Source: Patescibacteria group bacterium
Lineage (GTDB): Bacteria > Bacillota > Negativicutes > Sporomusales > Sporomusaceae
Direction: 5' to 3'
Assembly: GCA_035560935.1 (NCBI GenBank)
Contig: DATMYQ010000069.1
Location: 1 to 56,837 of the forward strand
DNA length: 56,837 bases
Shown here: positions 27,853-36,748 of the stretch, piece after piece
Layout: each line of letters opens with the position of its first letter
Numbering within the stretch: the stretch's first letter is position 1
The notes under the pieces: model-generated
What the model saw: only the letters and a program-made list of their open reading frames with translations
What the model was told of the DNA's origin: nothing
Databases searched by the model: none
Made by a program: the position numbers and the translations under genes

Positions 27853-27936
27853 GATATTATTTTTTAGAAGCGTGCTGTTGCCGAAAGGTGCTGTTGTTGG
27901 TACAGCCGGTGAAAATAAGGCGAGTGAGGTAAAAAA

Positions 27937-29253
27937 ATGGTTGCCATGCAGTTGGGAAAAACGGATTTTTTGAGAATTTTACGGGAAGAAGTCAAGCCGG
28001 CAACCGGTTGTACCGAACCGGCAGCGGTCGCTTTTGTTGCGGCGAAGGCTGCCGCACTGGCGGAGGGAACCATTCGGGAAATCGAAGTGACGGTCAGCAA
28101 AAATATCTATAAGAATGCATTTGCGGTAACAATACCGGGTACGAATCTTTGCGGGGTACAAATGTCGGCGGCCATTGGCGCGCGAATCAGGCAGCCGGAA
28201 AAAGGGCTGGAAATTTTTGATGGTGTGGATCCGGCGATTGTCCAGGCGGCGATGGCTTTAGTCAGGGAAAAGAGAGTACAGGTCATTATCGAGGATCAAA
28301 ACCAGTTTCTGATTCGGGTTTGTATTGCCACCGAGCAGGAAACCACCGTGGCGGAGGTGCAGAAATCGCACACCAACATTACCCGGCTGGAACGGGACGG
28401 TCAGGTGCTGTTTCAGGCGGAAGTGGAAAATACGGGCAGCATTGCTGAGCTGCCGGTAGATTTGAAAGAGTGCAGACTGGAAGACTTTTTACAGGTCGTT
28501 GCGCTGCTGCAGGCGGATGAAATTTCTTTCATGTATGATGGTATTGAGATGAACCGGAAAATTGCCGACATTGGGATGGCAAGCATTGCCGGTCTGGATG
28601 TGGGCAAGAATTATAAAATTCTGATGGACAAGGGTATTTTGCAAAACGATATCGTCAATCGAACGAAGATGATGATTGCGGCCGCCTGTGATGCCCGGAT
28701 GGGGGGTATAAAAGTCCCGGTCATGAGTACTACCGGCAGTGGCAATCAAGGAATTGTGGCGATACTGACAGTGGCTATGGTGGCGCAATCCATGCAAACG
28801 GACCGGGTCACGACCTGCCGGGCCGTCGCTCTCAGCCATCTTGTAGCGGCGTATGTGAAGCAGAATATGGGTAAACTGATGCCCATCTGCGGTTGTGCAA
28901 TTGCCGCCGGCATTGGGGCGACCGCGGCGATCACTTGGCTGCTTGGCGGTACGCAGACGCAAATCGAAGGTGCTATCAAAAATATTGTGGGAAATCTTAT
29001 GGGGATGATTTGTGATGGAGCGAAAGGCGGTTGTTCGCTTAAACTGGCGACATCCGCCGGCGAGGCGATTACGGCGGCTTATCTGGCGATGGAAGGGAGC
29101 ATGGTCTCCGACGTGGAAGGAGTGGTCGCCTCGTCTCTTTCCGATATGGTCAGTAATATGCTGCAGGTATGCAACAGCGGTATGACCGGTGTGGACAGCG
29201 CCTTGCTGGAAATCATGAAAGAGAAAAGAATCCACGAGGTTGTACCGGCCTAA
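27937..29253 (+). CDS. UPF0597 / L-cysteine desulfidase family protein (YhaM/CyuA/CdsB-like)
   Basis: N-terminal signature 'ILREEVKPATGCTEPAAVAFVAAKA', plus conserved Cys-containing motifs 'ICGCAIAAG' and 'ICDGAKGGC'. Confidence 0.8.
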   Translation: MVAMQLGKTDFLRILREEVKPATGCTEPAAVAFVAAKAAALAEGTIREIEVTVSKNIYKNAFAVTIPGTNLCGVQMSAAIGARIRQPEKGLEIFDGVDPAIVQAAMALVREKRVQVIIEDQNQFLIRVCIATEQETTVAEVQKSHTNITRLERDGQVLFQAEVENTGSIAELPVDLKECRLEDFLQVVALLQADEISFMYDGIEMNRKIADIGMASIAGLDVGKNYKILMDKGILQNDIVNRTKMMIAAACDARMGGIKVPVMSTTGSGNQGIVAILTVAMVAQSMQTDRVTTCRAVALSHLVAAYVKQNMGKLMPICGCAIAAGIGATAAITWLLGGTQTQIEGAIKNIVGNLMGMICDGAKGGCSLKLATSAGEAITAAYLAMEGSMVSDVEGVVASSLSDMVSNMLQVCNSGMTGVDSALLEIMKEKRIHEVVPA

Positions 29254-29329
29254 CATGGCAACGAGCCAGGCTGAGCTGCCGTGGCCGTTACTTTCTGCGA
29301 AGTTTGGCGGCCTTGTAAACAAAAGAACC

Positions 29330-29366
29330 CTGTCAATGTTGACAGAAACACTATCAAAAGTGAGAG
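29330..29366. promoter_or_regulatory. second pair of enhancer sites of the same motif
   Basis: CTGTCAATGTTGACAG (29330-29345) and a degenerate CTATCAAAAGTGAGAG (29351-29366). Their centres are 21 bp apart and lie about 150-180 bp upstream of the second -24/-12 promoter. Confidence 0.6.
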
Positions 29367-29383
29367 TGTTTCTGTCTTTTTTT
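29343..29383 (+). terminator. intrinsic terminator after the desulfidase-family gene
   Basis: Stem CAGAAACACT/AGTGTTTCTG followed by TCTTTTTTT. It overlaps the enhancer sites. Confidence 0.7.
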
Positions 29384-29513
29384 ATACCAGAGCGGAAACA
29401 GAGACGTGAGGAGCAGGATATTTTTATCAACTCTTCCGTGCCCTGAGAAAAGGGGGGTGGATCCATATAAGGATGGGTTTGAGTGGTATGTTTTCTTTTC
29501 GCCAAGTGTCGTT

Positions 29514-29530
29514 TGGCACGATACGTGCGT
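29514..29530 (+). promoter_or_regulatory. sigma-54 (-24/-12) promoter
   Basis: TGGCACgatacgTGCgt, with GG-N10-GC spacing, about 55 nt upstream of the GTG start at 29583. Confidence 0.8.
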
Positions 29531-29582
29531 ATGAATATTTTGAAATCATACTACTATTCTGATTGGCGGAGGGAGATACACG

Positions 29583-30590
29583 GTGAACAAGACAGAACGA
29601 ATTCAGGCAGCAATTAAAGGAAATGAGGTCGACTCATTGCCCTATGGGTTTTGGACACATTTACCGGGCCTCGATTTAGATCCCGTAAAACTGGCGGACG
29701 CAACGTATGAGTTTTATAATAAGTATGACATTGACTTTGTCAAAACCATGAACAACGGAATGTATCCTGTGGAAAGCTGGGGCTGTGAGGCGGATTTTTC
29801 CGGAATATTGAACGGTGGTGTGGCCAAATTGGTCAGCACGCCCATCAACTGCCTGGAAGACTGGAAGAAGATCCAGCCGGTCGATATTGGAGCGGGCAGC
29901 CACGCCCGGGAACTGACCTCGCTGGGATTGCTGCTGAAAAAGATAAATCAGGAAGCGCCGATACTCTTTACTGTGTTCAGCCCGCTGACGATCGCCGACA
30001 AGCTGTCAAACAACAAAGTAATTGAGCACATCCGGCAAGGTGGCGGCGAATTGATCCATCAGGCCCTGGCAGCCATCACTCAGACTACGGCGAAATTGGC
30101 GGCGCGTGCCGTGGACATGGGCGCCGCGGGAGTCTTCTTTGCCAGCCAGATGAGTTGCTACGACATTATCCCGGACAGCGTATACGGTGAGTATGGAAAA
30201 AAATATGATGTGGCCGTTTTGGAAGCCGCCGGCGCGGGCTGGTTCAATACGATTCACGCCCACGGCAACAACATTATTTTTCAGCTGCTGCGGGACTATC
30301 CGGTGGACGTGTTCAACTGGCACGCCTGGGAAACTTTGCCCGGCATCGAGGAAGCCCGGGATATGACCGGCAAATGCCTGATGGGTGGCCTGAAACGCGG
30401 CGATATCACCGCCGGCAACAAAAATGAAATCAGTGCGCAAATTTATCATTGCGTCAAGTTGCTGATGAAGAAAAAACACATCCTGACGCCGGGCTGTGTG
30501 ATGCGCTATCCACTGGATGAGGCCATGCTGATGTACGTCAAAGAAACCAAGGACATTGTCGAGAAAACATTAAAAGAAAATGGGGAATGA
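29583..30590 (+). CDS. uroporphyrinogen-decarboxylase (URO-D) fold family protein, MtaA/CmuA-like
   Basis: GTG start after GGAGGGAG. N-terminus 'ERIQAAIKGNEVDSLPYGFW', 'DFVKTMNNG', 'NTIHAHGN' and '...ILTPGCVM' follow the URO-D/MT2 layout. The usual HxCG is HAHG here. Confidence 0.6.
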   Translation: MNKTERIQAAIKGNEVDSLPYGFWTHLPGLDLDPVKLADATYEFYNKYDIDFVKTMNNGMYPVESWGCEADFSGILNGGVAKLVSTPINCLEDWKKIQPVDIGAGSHARELTSLGLLLKKINQEAPILFTVFSPLTIADKLSNNKVIEHIRQGGGELIHQALAAITQTTAKLAARAVDMGAAGVFFASQMSCYDIIPDSVYGEYGKKYDVAVLEAAGAGWFNTIHAHGNNIIFQLLRDYPVDVFNWHAWETLPGIEEARDMTGKCLMGGLKRGDITAGNKNEISAQIYHCVKLLMKKKHILTPGCVMRYPLDEAMLMYVKETKDIVEKTLKENGE

Positions 30591-31780
30591 AAGTGTTGGA
30601 AGCTAGGCACTATATCCAGGAACGCTGCCGGAAACTGCAGCGGTTTATGGAGGAGAAACAGCTTGACGTGGTGATCGTGACCCGACCGGAGAATGTGTAT
30701 TATCTTAGCCGCTTTAACCCTATCCTGAACAGTCACCCCGCGTTTGTGGCCGTGTTTCGCGAAGGGGAAAACTGCCTGCTGGTGCACAGCATCCGCTGTG
30801 ATCACGCAAAAACGGAGAGTGCGGCCGGCAATGTCGAATTGTACGGCAAATGGGGCGATCACGCCAGTCTGGCACTGGAGCCGGTGGACGCGCTGAAAAA
30901 AGTGATTTCTTCCCGTGTCGGGGAAAAAATAAATTGGGCGCTTGAAATGGACTATGTGTCCGTCAGCCTGTACAGCAAACTGTGCAAGACACTGGAAACG
31001 CCGGCTATGGCGGATATTGCCCCGTTCCTGAGCCGTCAAAAGCTGGTGAAGGATGAGCTGGAGGTGGAAAAGATTCGTCGGGCGGCGGCGCTGGCCGATG
31101 AAGGAACCCGGACCACCATTGCGCATCTGCGTAAAGGTCGCAGTGAAGCCGAAGCCTGCACGGAAGGCCAGTATGCTATGCGGCAAATGTGGCACCAACA
31201 TTTCCCGGATGAGGAAGTGGCCGGCTTTGGGTCTTCCGAAGGCGGCGTGCTGGACGCACTGCATTGCTGGTGCCTGACCGGACCCCGAATCGCTTACGGC
31301 TGCGATTGCCCCATTCATTATGTGCCGCAGCCCGGAGAACTGGTTTTACCCATGACTTGGGCAAAAATCAGCGGCTATTACGCCGAGAATGAGAGAACCC
31401 TGTACGTCGTCGAGCTGGATGCGTTTAAGCAGCAGGCGTTTGCCACCGTCTTGGAAGCGAGACGCCAGGTGCTGGATGCGCTGAGGCCCGGTGTGAGCTT
31501 TGATCGCCTGTACGCGGCCGCAGCCTCTGTGTTTGACCAAAACGGGTTTGCGGCGTTAAAACCGGGGCGGGTGGGTCACGGGATCGGTTTGTCGGCTCAT
31601 GAATTTCCTTCGCTGGCCCCGGGCAATGAGATGGTGCTGGAGCCGGGAATGGTTTTTACGGTGGAGCCAGGACTGATGTCACGGCAATGGGGCGGGGTAA
31701 GGATTTCGGATACCGTTCTGGTCACCCGGCAGGGTTACGAACAGATTACCCAATCGGAGAGCGGCATGCTCAGAATATAA
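30587..31780 (+). CDS. M24-family metallopeptidase (Xaa-Pro dipeptidase/creatinase-like)
   Basis: Creatinase/prolidase-type N-domain, then the pita-bread motifs 'GRVGHGIGLSAHEFP', 'VFTVEPG' and 'ISDTVLVT'. ATGA overlap with the upstream gene. Confidence 0.8.
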   Translation: MKVLEARHYIQERCRKLQRFMEEKQLDVVIVTRPENVYYLSRFNPILNSHPAFVAVFREGENCLLVHSIRCDHAKTESAAGNVELYGKWGDHASLALEPVDALKKVISSRVGEKINWALEMDYVSVSLYSKLCKTLETPAMADIAPFLSRQKLVKDELEVEKIRRAAALADEGTRTTIAHLRKGRSEAEACTEGQYAMRQMWHQHFPDEEVAGFGSSEGGVLDALHCWCLTGPRIAYGCDCPIHYVPQPGELVLPMTWAKISGYYAENERTLYVVELDAFKQQAFATVLEARRQVLDALRPGVSFDRLYAAAASVFDQNGFAALKPGRVGHGIGLSAHEFPSLAPGNEMVLEPGMVFTVEPGLMSRQWGGVRISDTVLVTRQGYEQITQSESGMLRI

Positions 31781-31907
31781 ACGCTGAATGGCAGATGGAA
31801 ACTACAGGCGGATGGGGGTTTGGAAAAACTGCAGCAATAGCTTTTGAACAGGATTTACGGCCCAGGGATAATGGATGATTACTGTGAAGGAAAGGACGAG
31901 TTGAAAG

Positions 31908-32354
31908 ATGGTAAATAAGGTAGGACTCAGCGGAGCCATTTTTGTATTGATTGTATCATCAGTTTTTGTATATTCATCGCTTGATCTGCCCTATGCGAGT
32001 GAGATCGGACCGGGGCCGGGTTTTTGGCCAATGTGGCTGTCTGGACTGTTGATTCCGTTATCGCTGGCGTATCTGTATTCTGCCGCTAAAGGAACCGATG
32101 CGGCGGAAAAGGCGCCGGACAAAAAGGCGGGAATGGACATGATCTTTATTTTGGGCAGTATGAGCCTGTATGTTATCTTGCTCCCGTTTCTGGGATTTAA
32201 TCTGAGCAGCATCTTCTTTTTGTTTGCGTTTTTGCGGAAGGGTTACAGCTGGCACAAAAGTTTAGGTATTTCCGTGGCGGTGGCAGTGTCATTATTCTTT
32301 TTATTCACCGAAGGATTTACAACACCGCTGCCGGTGAATACCTGGGGATTTTAA
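31908..32354 (+). CDS. tctB: tripartite tricarboxylate transporter small membrane subunit TctB
   Basis: A 148-aa four-TM protein immediately upstream of TctA. Confidence 0.75.
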   Translation: MVNKVGLSGAIFVLIVSSVFVYSSLDLPYASEIGPGPGFWPMWLSGLLIPLSLAYLYSAAKGTDAAEKAPDKKAGMDMIFILGSMSLYVILLPFLGFNLSSIFFLFAFLRKGYSWHKSLGISVAVAVSLFFLFTEGFTTPLPVNTWGF

Positions 32355-32368
32355 AGGAGTGAGATGAT

Positions 32369-33877
32369 ATGGAAAACTTTGGTTTACTGATGCAGGGATT
32401 TGCCGCGGCCCTGACGCCGATGAACTTTCTCTTTTGTCTGCTTGGCGTAACGGTGGGACAATTTGTCGGCGTACTGCCCGGACTTGGCCCGGTGGCAGGG
32501 ACCGCCATGCTGATTCCGCTGACTTATGGTCTGGACCCCATTCCTTCAATCATTCTGCTGTCGGGGATCTTTTACGGGGCCATGTATGGCGGGACCATTA
32601 CCTCGGTTCTGATCAATGTTCCCGGAGAAGGGGCCTCGGTTATCACCTGCATTGACGGCTATCAAATGGCCAAGCAGGGGCGGGCGGGACATGCGCTGGG
32701 TGTAGCCGCTATCGGTTCCTTTGTCGGCGGTATTGTCGCTGTCCTGAGCCTCACTTTTTTAGGACCGTCGCTGGCAAAATATGCGATGCAATTCGGGCCG
32801 CCGGAATTTTTCAGCCTGATGTTGTTTGGTTTGCTGCTGCTGGTGGGGTTGATAGGAAAATCCATTATTAAAGGGATGATTGCGGCCATCATCGGCATGC
32901 TGCTGGCGCTGGTCGGACAGGACCCCGGCACCGGTGCGGAGCGGTTTTTGTTCGGGCAGCTGGAATTGCTGGGCGGGATCGACTTTGTTGTTTTGGCCAT
33001 TGGCCTTTTCGGCCTGTCGGAAATTTTGTCCAACACGGAAGAAAATATGGAACTGAACCGGCCCGAAAAAATTGGCAGTTTGATACCGCCGCGATCGGAA
33101 TGGAAAGCTTCGCTGATGGCCATCCTCCGGGGGACCGGCATCGGCGGCATCTTGGGGCTGATTCCCGGGACCAGTGCGTCCATCGCTTCATTGATGTCCT
33201 ATTCGCTGGAGAGAAAAGTTTCGAAGAGCCCGGACCGTTTTGGTAAAGGGGCCATTGAAGGAGTGGCGGGACCGGAAACCGCCAATAACTCTTACGCCGG
33301 AGCGGCGTTGATTCCATTGTTTACCCTGGGAATTCCCGATTCGCCGACCATTGCCGTGCTGTTGGGAGCGTTCATCATGCATGGCCTGACTCCGGGGCCG
33401 TTGCTGTATCAAAAAAATCCCGATTTTATCTGGGCGGTTATCGCCAGTATGTTTATCGGTAATTTCCTGCTGTTGGTCATGAACATGCCATTGGCGAAAT
33501 ACTGGGCAAGAATTGCGCTGATTCCGTATAAGTTGTTGTTCCCGATTATCCTTTTGGTTTGTATGGTGGGTGTGTATAGCGTAAACATGAGCCTCTGGGA
33601 TATTGGCCTGACCATTGCGTTTGGTGCCATTGGCTATTGTATGAAAAAATGGAAATTACCCAGTGCGGCGCTGATTTTATCCTTTGTACTGGGTAAGAAA
33701 ATCGAATTTGCCCTGGTCCAGACCCTTGCCGGATCGGAAAACGGTATTCTCGTGTTGTTCCAGCGCCCTGTGTCCGCCACCTTGCTAACTCTGTGCGGAA
33801 TTATTCTGGCGTTTGGACTTTACACCACGATCATGAATAAATACCGGGATTATTTGGCCACTGACGAAACGGCCTAA
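32369..33877 (+). CDS. tctA: tripartite tricarboxylate transporter large membrane subunit TctA
   Basis: A 502-aa polytopic protein. 'GVLPGLGPVAGTAMLIPLTYG...' and 'GLIPGTSASIAS' are typical TctA motifs. Confidence 0.85.
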   Translation: MENFGLLMQGFAAALTPMNFLFCLLGVTVGQFVGVLPGLGPVAGTAMLIPLTYGLDPIPSIILLSGIFYGAMYGGTITSVLINVPGEGASVITCIDGYQMAKQGRAGHALGVAAIGSFVGGIVAVLSLTFLGPSLAKYAMQFGPPEFFSLMLFGLLLLVGLIGKSIIKGMIAAIIGMLLALVGQDPGTGAERFLFGQLELLGGIDFVVLAIGLFGLSEILSNTEENMELNRPEKIGSLIPPRSEWKASLMAILRGTGIGGILGLIPGTSASIASLMSYSLERKVSKSPDRFGKGAIEGVAGPETANNSYAGAALIPLFTLGIPDSPTIAVLLGAFIMHGLTPGPLLYQKNPDFIWAVIASMFIGNFLLLVMNMPLAKYWARIALIPYKLLFPIILLVCMVGVYSVNMSLWDIGLTIAFGAIGYCMKKWKLPSAALILSFVLGKKIEFALVQTLAGSENGILVLFQRPVSATLLTLCGIILAFGLYTTIMNKYRDYLATDETA

Positions 33878-33948
33878 AGGAGGAACCGCAAAAACACAAA
33901 TGGGTTCAGTGAAAATCAGTACAAAGCAAAAATAAGGGGGTTACGAAC

Positions 33949-34956
33949 ATGAAGCGCAAATGGACAGCATGGGTTGTTTCGGCATTACTGGTCGCGGGTG
34001 TCGCACTGGCCGGCTGCGGGCAACAGAAAGCAGCCGGTGACAAAGGAGATGGAGAAAAGGCGGTTGCCGGATACCCCAAAAAACCCATTATGGCGATTGT
34101 GGCCTTTCCGGCTGGTGGGGGTACGGACATTGTTGCCCGGTCGATTTTGAAAACGGCGGAAAAATATACCAAACAGGGCTTTGTGGTTGACAATAAACCC
34201 GGCGCCGGCGGTGCTATCGGTTTTACCGCATTGGCCGGAGCGCCCAAGGATGGTTATACCATTGGCTTACTTAACGCGCCGACGCTGGTACTGGCGCCGA
34301 TTCAACTGGGTGATAAAGTAAAATACAAATTGGACGACTTCGTGCCGATTGCCAATTTTGTGACGGATCCCGGTGTGTTTGTCGTGGCGGCGGATAGTCC
34401 GTTTCAAACGTTGAAGGACTTTATTGATTATGCCAAAGCGAATCCTAATAGTGTGAAACTGGGTTATGGCGGACCGGGAACGTCGGAAGCGCTGGCGCTG
34501 CGGTCGCTGGAACAGACCAATGACCTTAAAATTCGCAAAGTGCCTTACGAGGGTACGGGGCCACAGCTGACTTCCCTGATGGGGAAAAATATCGACATCA
34601 TGATCGCCAACGCGTCGGAAATATATCCGCAATATGAGGCCAAACAAATTCGGGTGCTGTCCATTGGTTCCGAGAAACGGATTGATATGTATCCAGAAGT
34701 ACCGACGTATAAAGAATCCGGCTTTGACTATGTGCAGGTGGCGATGCGGGGACTGGGAGCGCCGAAAGGGATGGATCCCCGACAAATACAGGTACTGGCC
34801 GATGCGATGAAAAAAGCATATGACGACCCGGAATTTAAGAAACACGCCCAGGATTTGCATTTGCCGCTGGACTATATGGGTCCGGATGATTTTAAGAAAG
34901 AACTGCAGCGTCAGGATACTTTCTATCGGGCGGAATTTGCCAAAAGCCCCTGGTGA
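33949..34956 (+). CDS. tctC: TctC/Bug-family substrate-binding lipoprotein
   Basis: Lipobox 'VALAGC'. 'YPKKPIMAIVAFPAGGGTDIVARS...VDNKPGAGG' is the Bug-family signature. Confidence 0.85.
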   Translation: MKRKWTAWVVSALLVAGVALAGCGQQKAAGDKGDGEKAVAGYPKKPIMAIVAFPAGGGTDIVARSILKTAEKYTKQGFVVDNKPGAGGAIGFTALAGAPKDGYTIGLLNAPTLVLAPIQLGDKVKYKLDDFVPIANFVTDPGVFVVAADSPFQTLKDFIDYAKANPNSVKLGYGGPGTSEALALRSLEQTNDLKIRKVPYEGTGPQLTSLMGKNIDIMIANASEIYPQYEAKQIRVLSIGSEKRIDMYPEVPTYKESGFDYVQVAMRGLGAPKGMDPRQIQVLADAMKKAYDDPEFKKHAQDLHLPLDYMGPDDFKKELQRQDTFYRAEFAKSPW

Positions 34957-35026
34957 CTGGCGAATAGAAATGAGATCTTTAACGCGGTGTAAGTCATAAA
35001 ATTGCTTCTCTTTAAAGATATAAATC

Positions 35027-35079
35027 GGGGCTGTGTTGAGAAGGGTAAGAATCCTTCAACACAGCCCCTTTTGATTTTT
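35027..35079 (+). terminator. intrinsic terminator
   Basis: Stem GGGGCTGTGTTGA/TCAACACAGCCCC followed by TTTTGATTTTT. Confidence 0.8.
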
Positions 35080-35247
35080 GCCTGGAGGTTTTTTGTCCGG
35101 CATTGCGGCTGCCTGGCGTCGCTTTTTGCATCGCTGGTCGGCAAAGGATGGCAGCGGAGCGCCACCGTCTCTTACAATACAGTCAATATAATGATCCCGT
35201 CAAACGGTTGATCCGGGTGACGGCAAATAAGAGAGGGGCGGATTCGT

Positions 35248-36711
35248 TTGGCCAATGCATTTGAGACCTGGGGGAAGAAATACGGATTATTGCTGGCGAT
35301 ATTGACCGGGGTAGCTGTATGGCTGCTGCCGACGCCGGCGGGCATGACCCTAACCCAGCATAAACTGCTGTCCATTTTTAGCGGCGCTGTGGTGGCCTGG
35401 ATTACCATCGGGATAAATTTTGCCGTCAGTACCTTTGCCATTATTGTACTTTTATATTTCTGGGTGGGGAATCCGGAAGGAAAAATGAATAAAGTCGGGG
35501 AATTGATCCGCAATGCCGATTTCGCGGTGGGCGGCTTTGCGTCTTCGTCTCTGTGGCTGCTGGTGACCGGCTTTGTTATTTCCATTGCCATGACCAAGTC
35601 CGGCGTGGCCCGTAGATTGGCGTTGCACATGATGCGAATTCTGGGGAAAACGCCGGCGGGAGCGATATTTGCCTCGATGCTGGCCAACTTTGTCATTGCA
35701 CCGCTGACTCCCTCCAACACCGCCCGGGCGGCGGCCATGCTGCCGGTTTTGGAAGGAATCGCTGCCGCTTATCGCGCGGAACCGGGAAAAAGCAATTTTG
35801 GCAGGGCGCTGTTTTTAACATCCACCTTTACCACCAACATCACCGGTGCGGCTTTTTTGACCGGTACCATACCCAATCCGGTGGCCGTGGGCATGATCGC
35901 CGCCGCCGCCGGCGCGTCAGTGATGACCACCTGGAGTTATTGGGCGATGGCGGCGCTGCCGACCAATATCATCATTCTGATTGCCGCCGGCTGGCTGACG
36001 CTGAAAATGTATCCGCCGGAAGTCAAAGCCTTGCCGGGCGGTATCGGCTATATCCGGAAAGAACTGGACGCCATGGGGCCGATGAGCCGGCGGGAAATGA
36101 AATCTATCGGTTATTTTGTCCTGGCGCTGGCGTTATGGTCCACCGATGCTCTGCACCATCTGAATTCCACCATGATTGCCTTTCTGGTTTCCCTGCTAAT
36201 TTTTTTACCCCGGGTGGGCGTGTTGGAGTGGAAAGAGACGGAAAAGTCGCTGCCCTGGGAATTATTCGTTTATTTCGGCGGCGTTTTGACGCTGAGCAAT
36301 GCGCTGATGAGCACTAAAGCGTTTGAATGGCTGATCAAAACGACGCTGACCGGACTGGGCCTCGATGGTATGGCCATGATGCCGCTGCTGATCCTGCTGA
36401 TCGGCTTCAGTATCTTTAGTCATGTGATCTGGTCTACGACCACCGCCATGGCTGGGGTGATGATCCCCATTTATATTGGCCTGGCGCAGGCGCTGGGCTT
36501 TAACGTGGTGGGATTTGTGCTGCCGCTGGCCATCATGATGGCGTATGCCCTGTTTTTACCCTTTAACACCATGGGAAATATTATCATGTTCGGCGCCGGT
36601 TATTATACGGTGGCGGAACAGATTCGATCCTCTTTGCTGCTGGGATTGATCGTCTGGATTTTGTGGGTTGTCACTGCCTTTACCTGGTGGAAGGTGATCG
36701 GCCTGCTGTAA
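35248..36711 (+). CDS. DASS/SLC13-family anion (di/tricarboxylate) permease
   Basis: A 487-aa polytopic protein. The general layout and N-terminus '...LPTPAGMTLTQHKLLSIF...' fit DASS/anion-permease families. TTG start. Confidence 0.7.
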   Translation: MANAFETWGKKYGLLLAILTGVAVWLLPTPAGMTLTQHKLLSIFSGAVVAWITIGINFAVSTFAIIVLLYFWVGNPEGKMNKVGELIRNADFAVGGFASSSLWLLVTGFVISIAMTKSGVARRLALHMMRILGKTPAGAIFASMLANFVIAPLTPSNTARAAAMLPVLEGIAAAYRAEPGKSNFGRALFLTSTFTTNITGAAFLTGTIPNPVAVGMIAAAAGASVMTTWSYWAMAALPTNIIILIAAGWLTLKMYPPEVKALPGGIGYIRKELDAMGPMSRREMKSIGYFVLALALWSTDALHHLNSTMIAFLVSLLIFLPRVGVLEWKETEKSLPWELFVYFGGVLTLSNALMSTKAFEWLIKTTLTGLGLDGMAMMPLLILLIGFSIFSHVIWSTTTAMAGVMIPIYIGLAQALGFNVVGFVLPLAIMMAYALFLPFNTMGNIIMFGAGYYTVAEQIRSSLLLGLIVWILWVVTAFTWWKVIGLL

Positions 36712-36748
36712 TCCCGGAATCAATAAACGAAGCGGAGGAGATGGAATC

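Noticed and set aside
28489-29505. 338-aa minus-strand ORF spanning the desulfidase-family gene and the sigma-54 promoter region
   Set aside because: It is a shadow ORF that crosses a terminator and promoter, and its composition is not protein-like.
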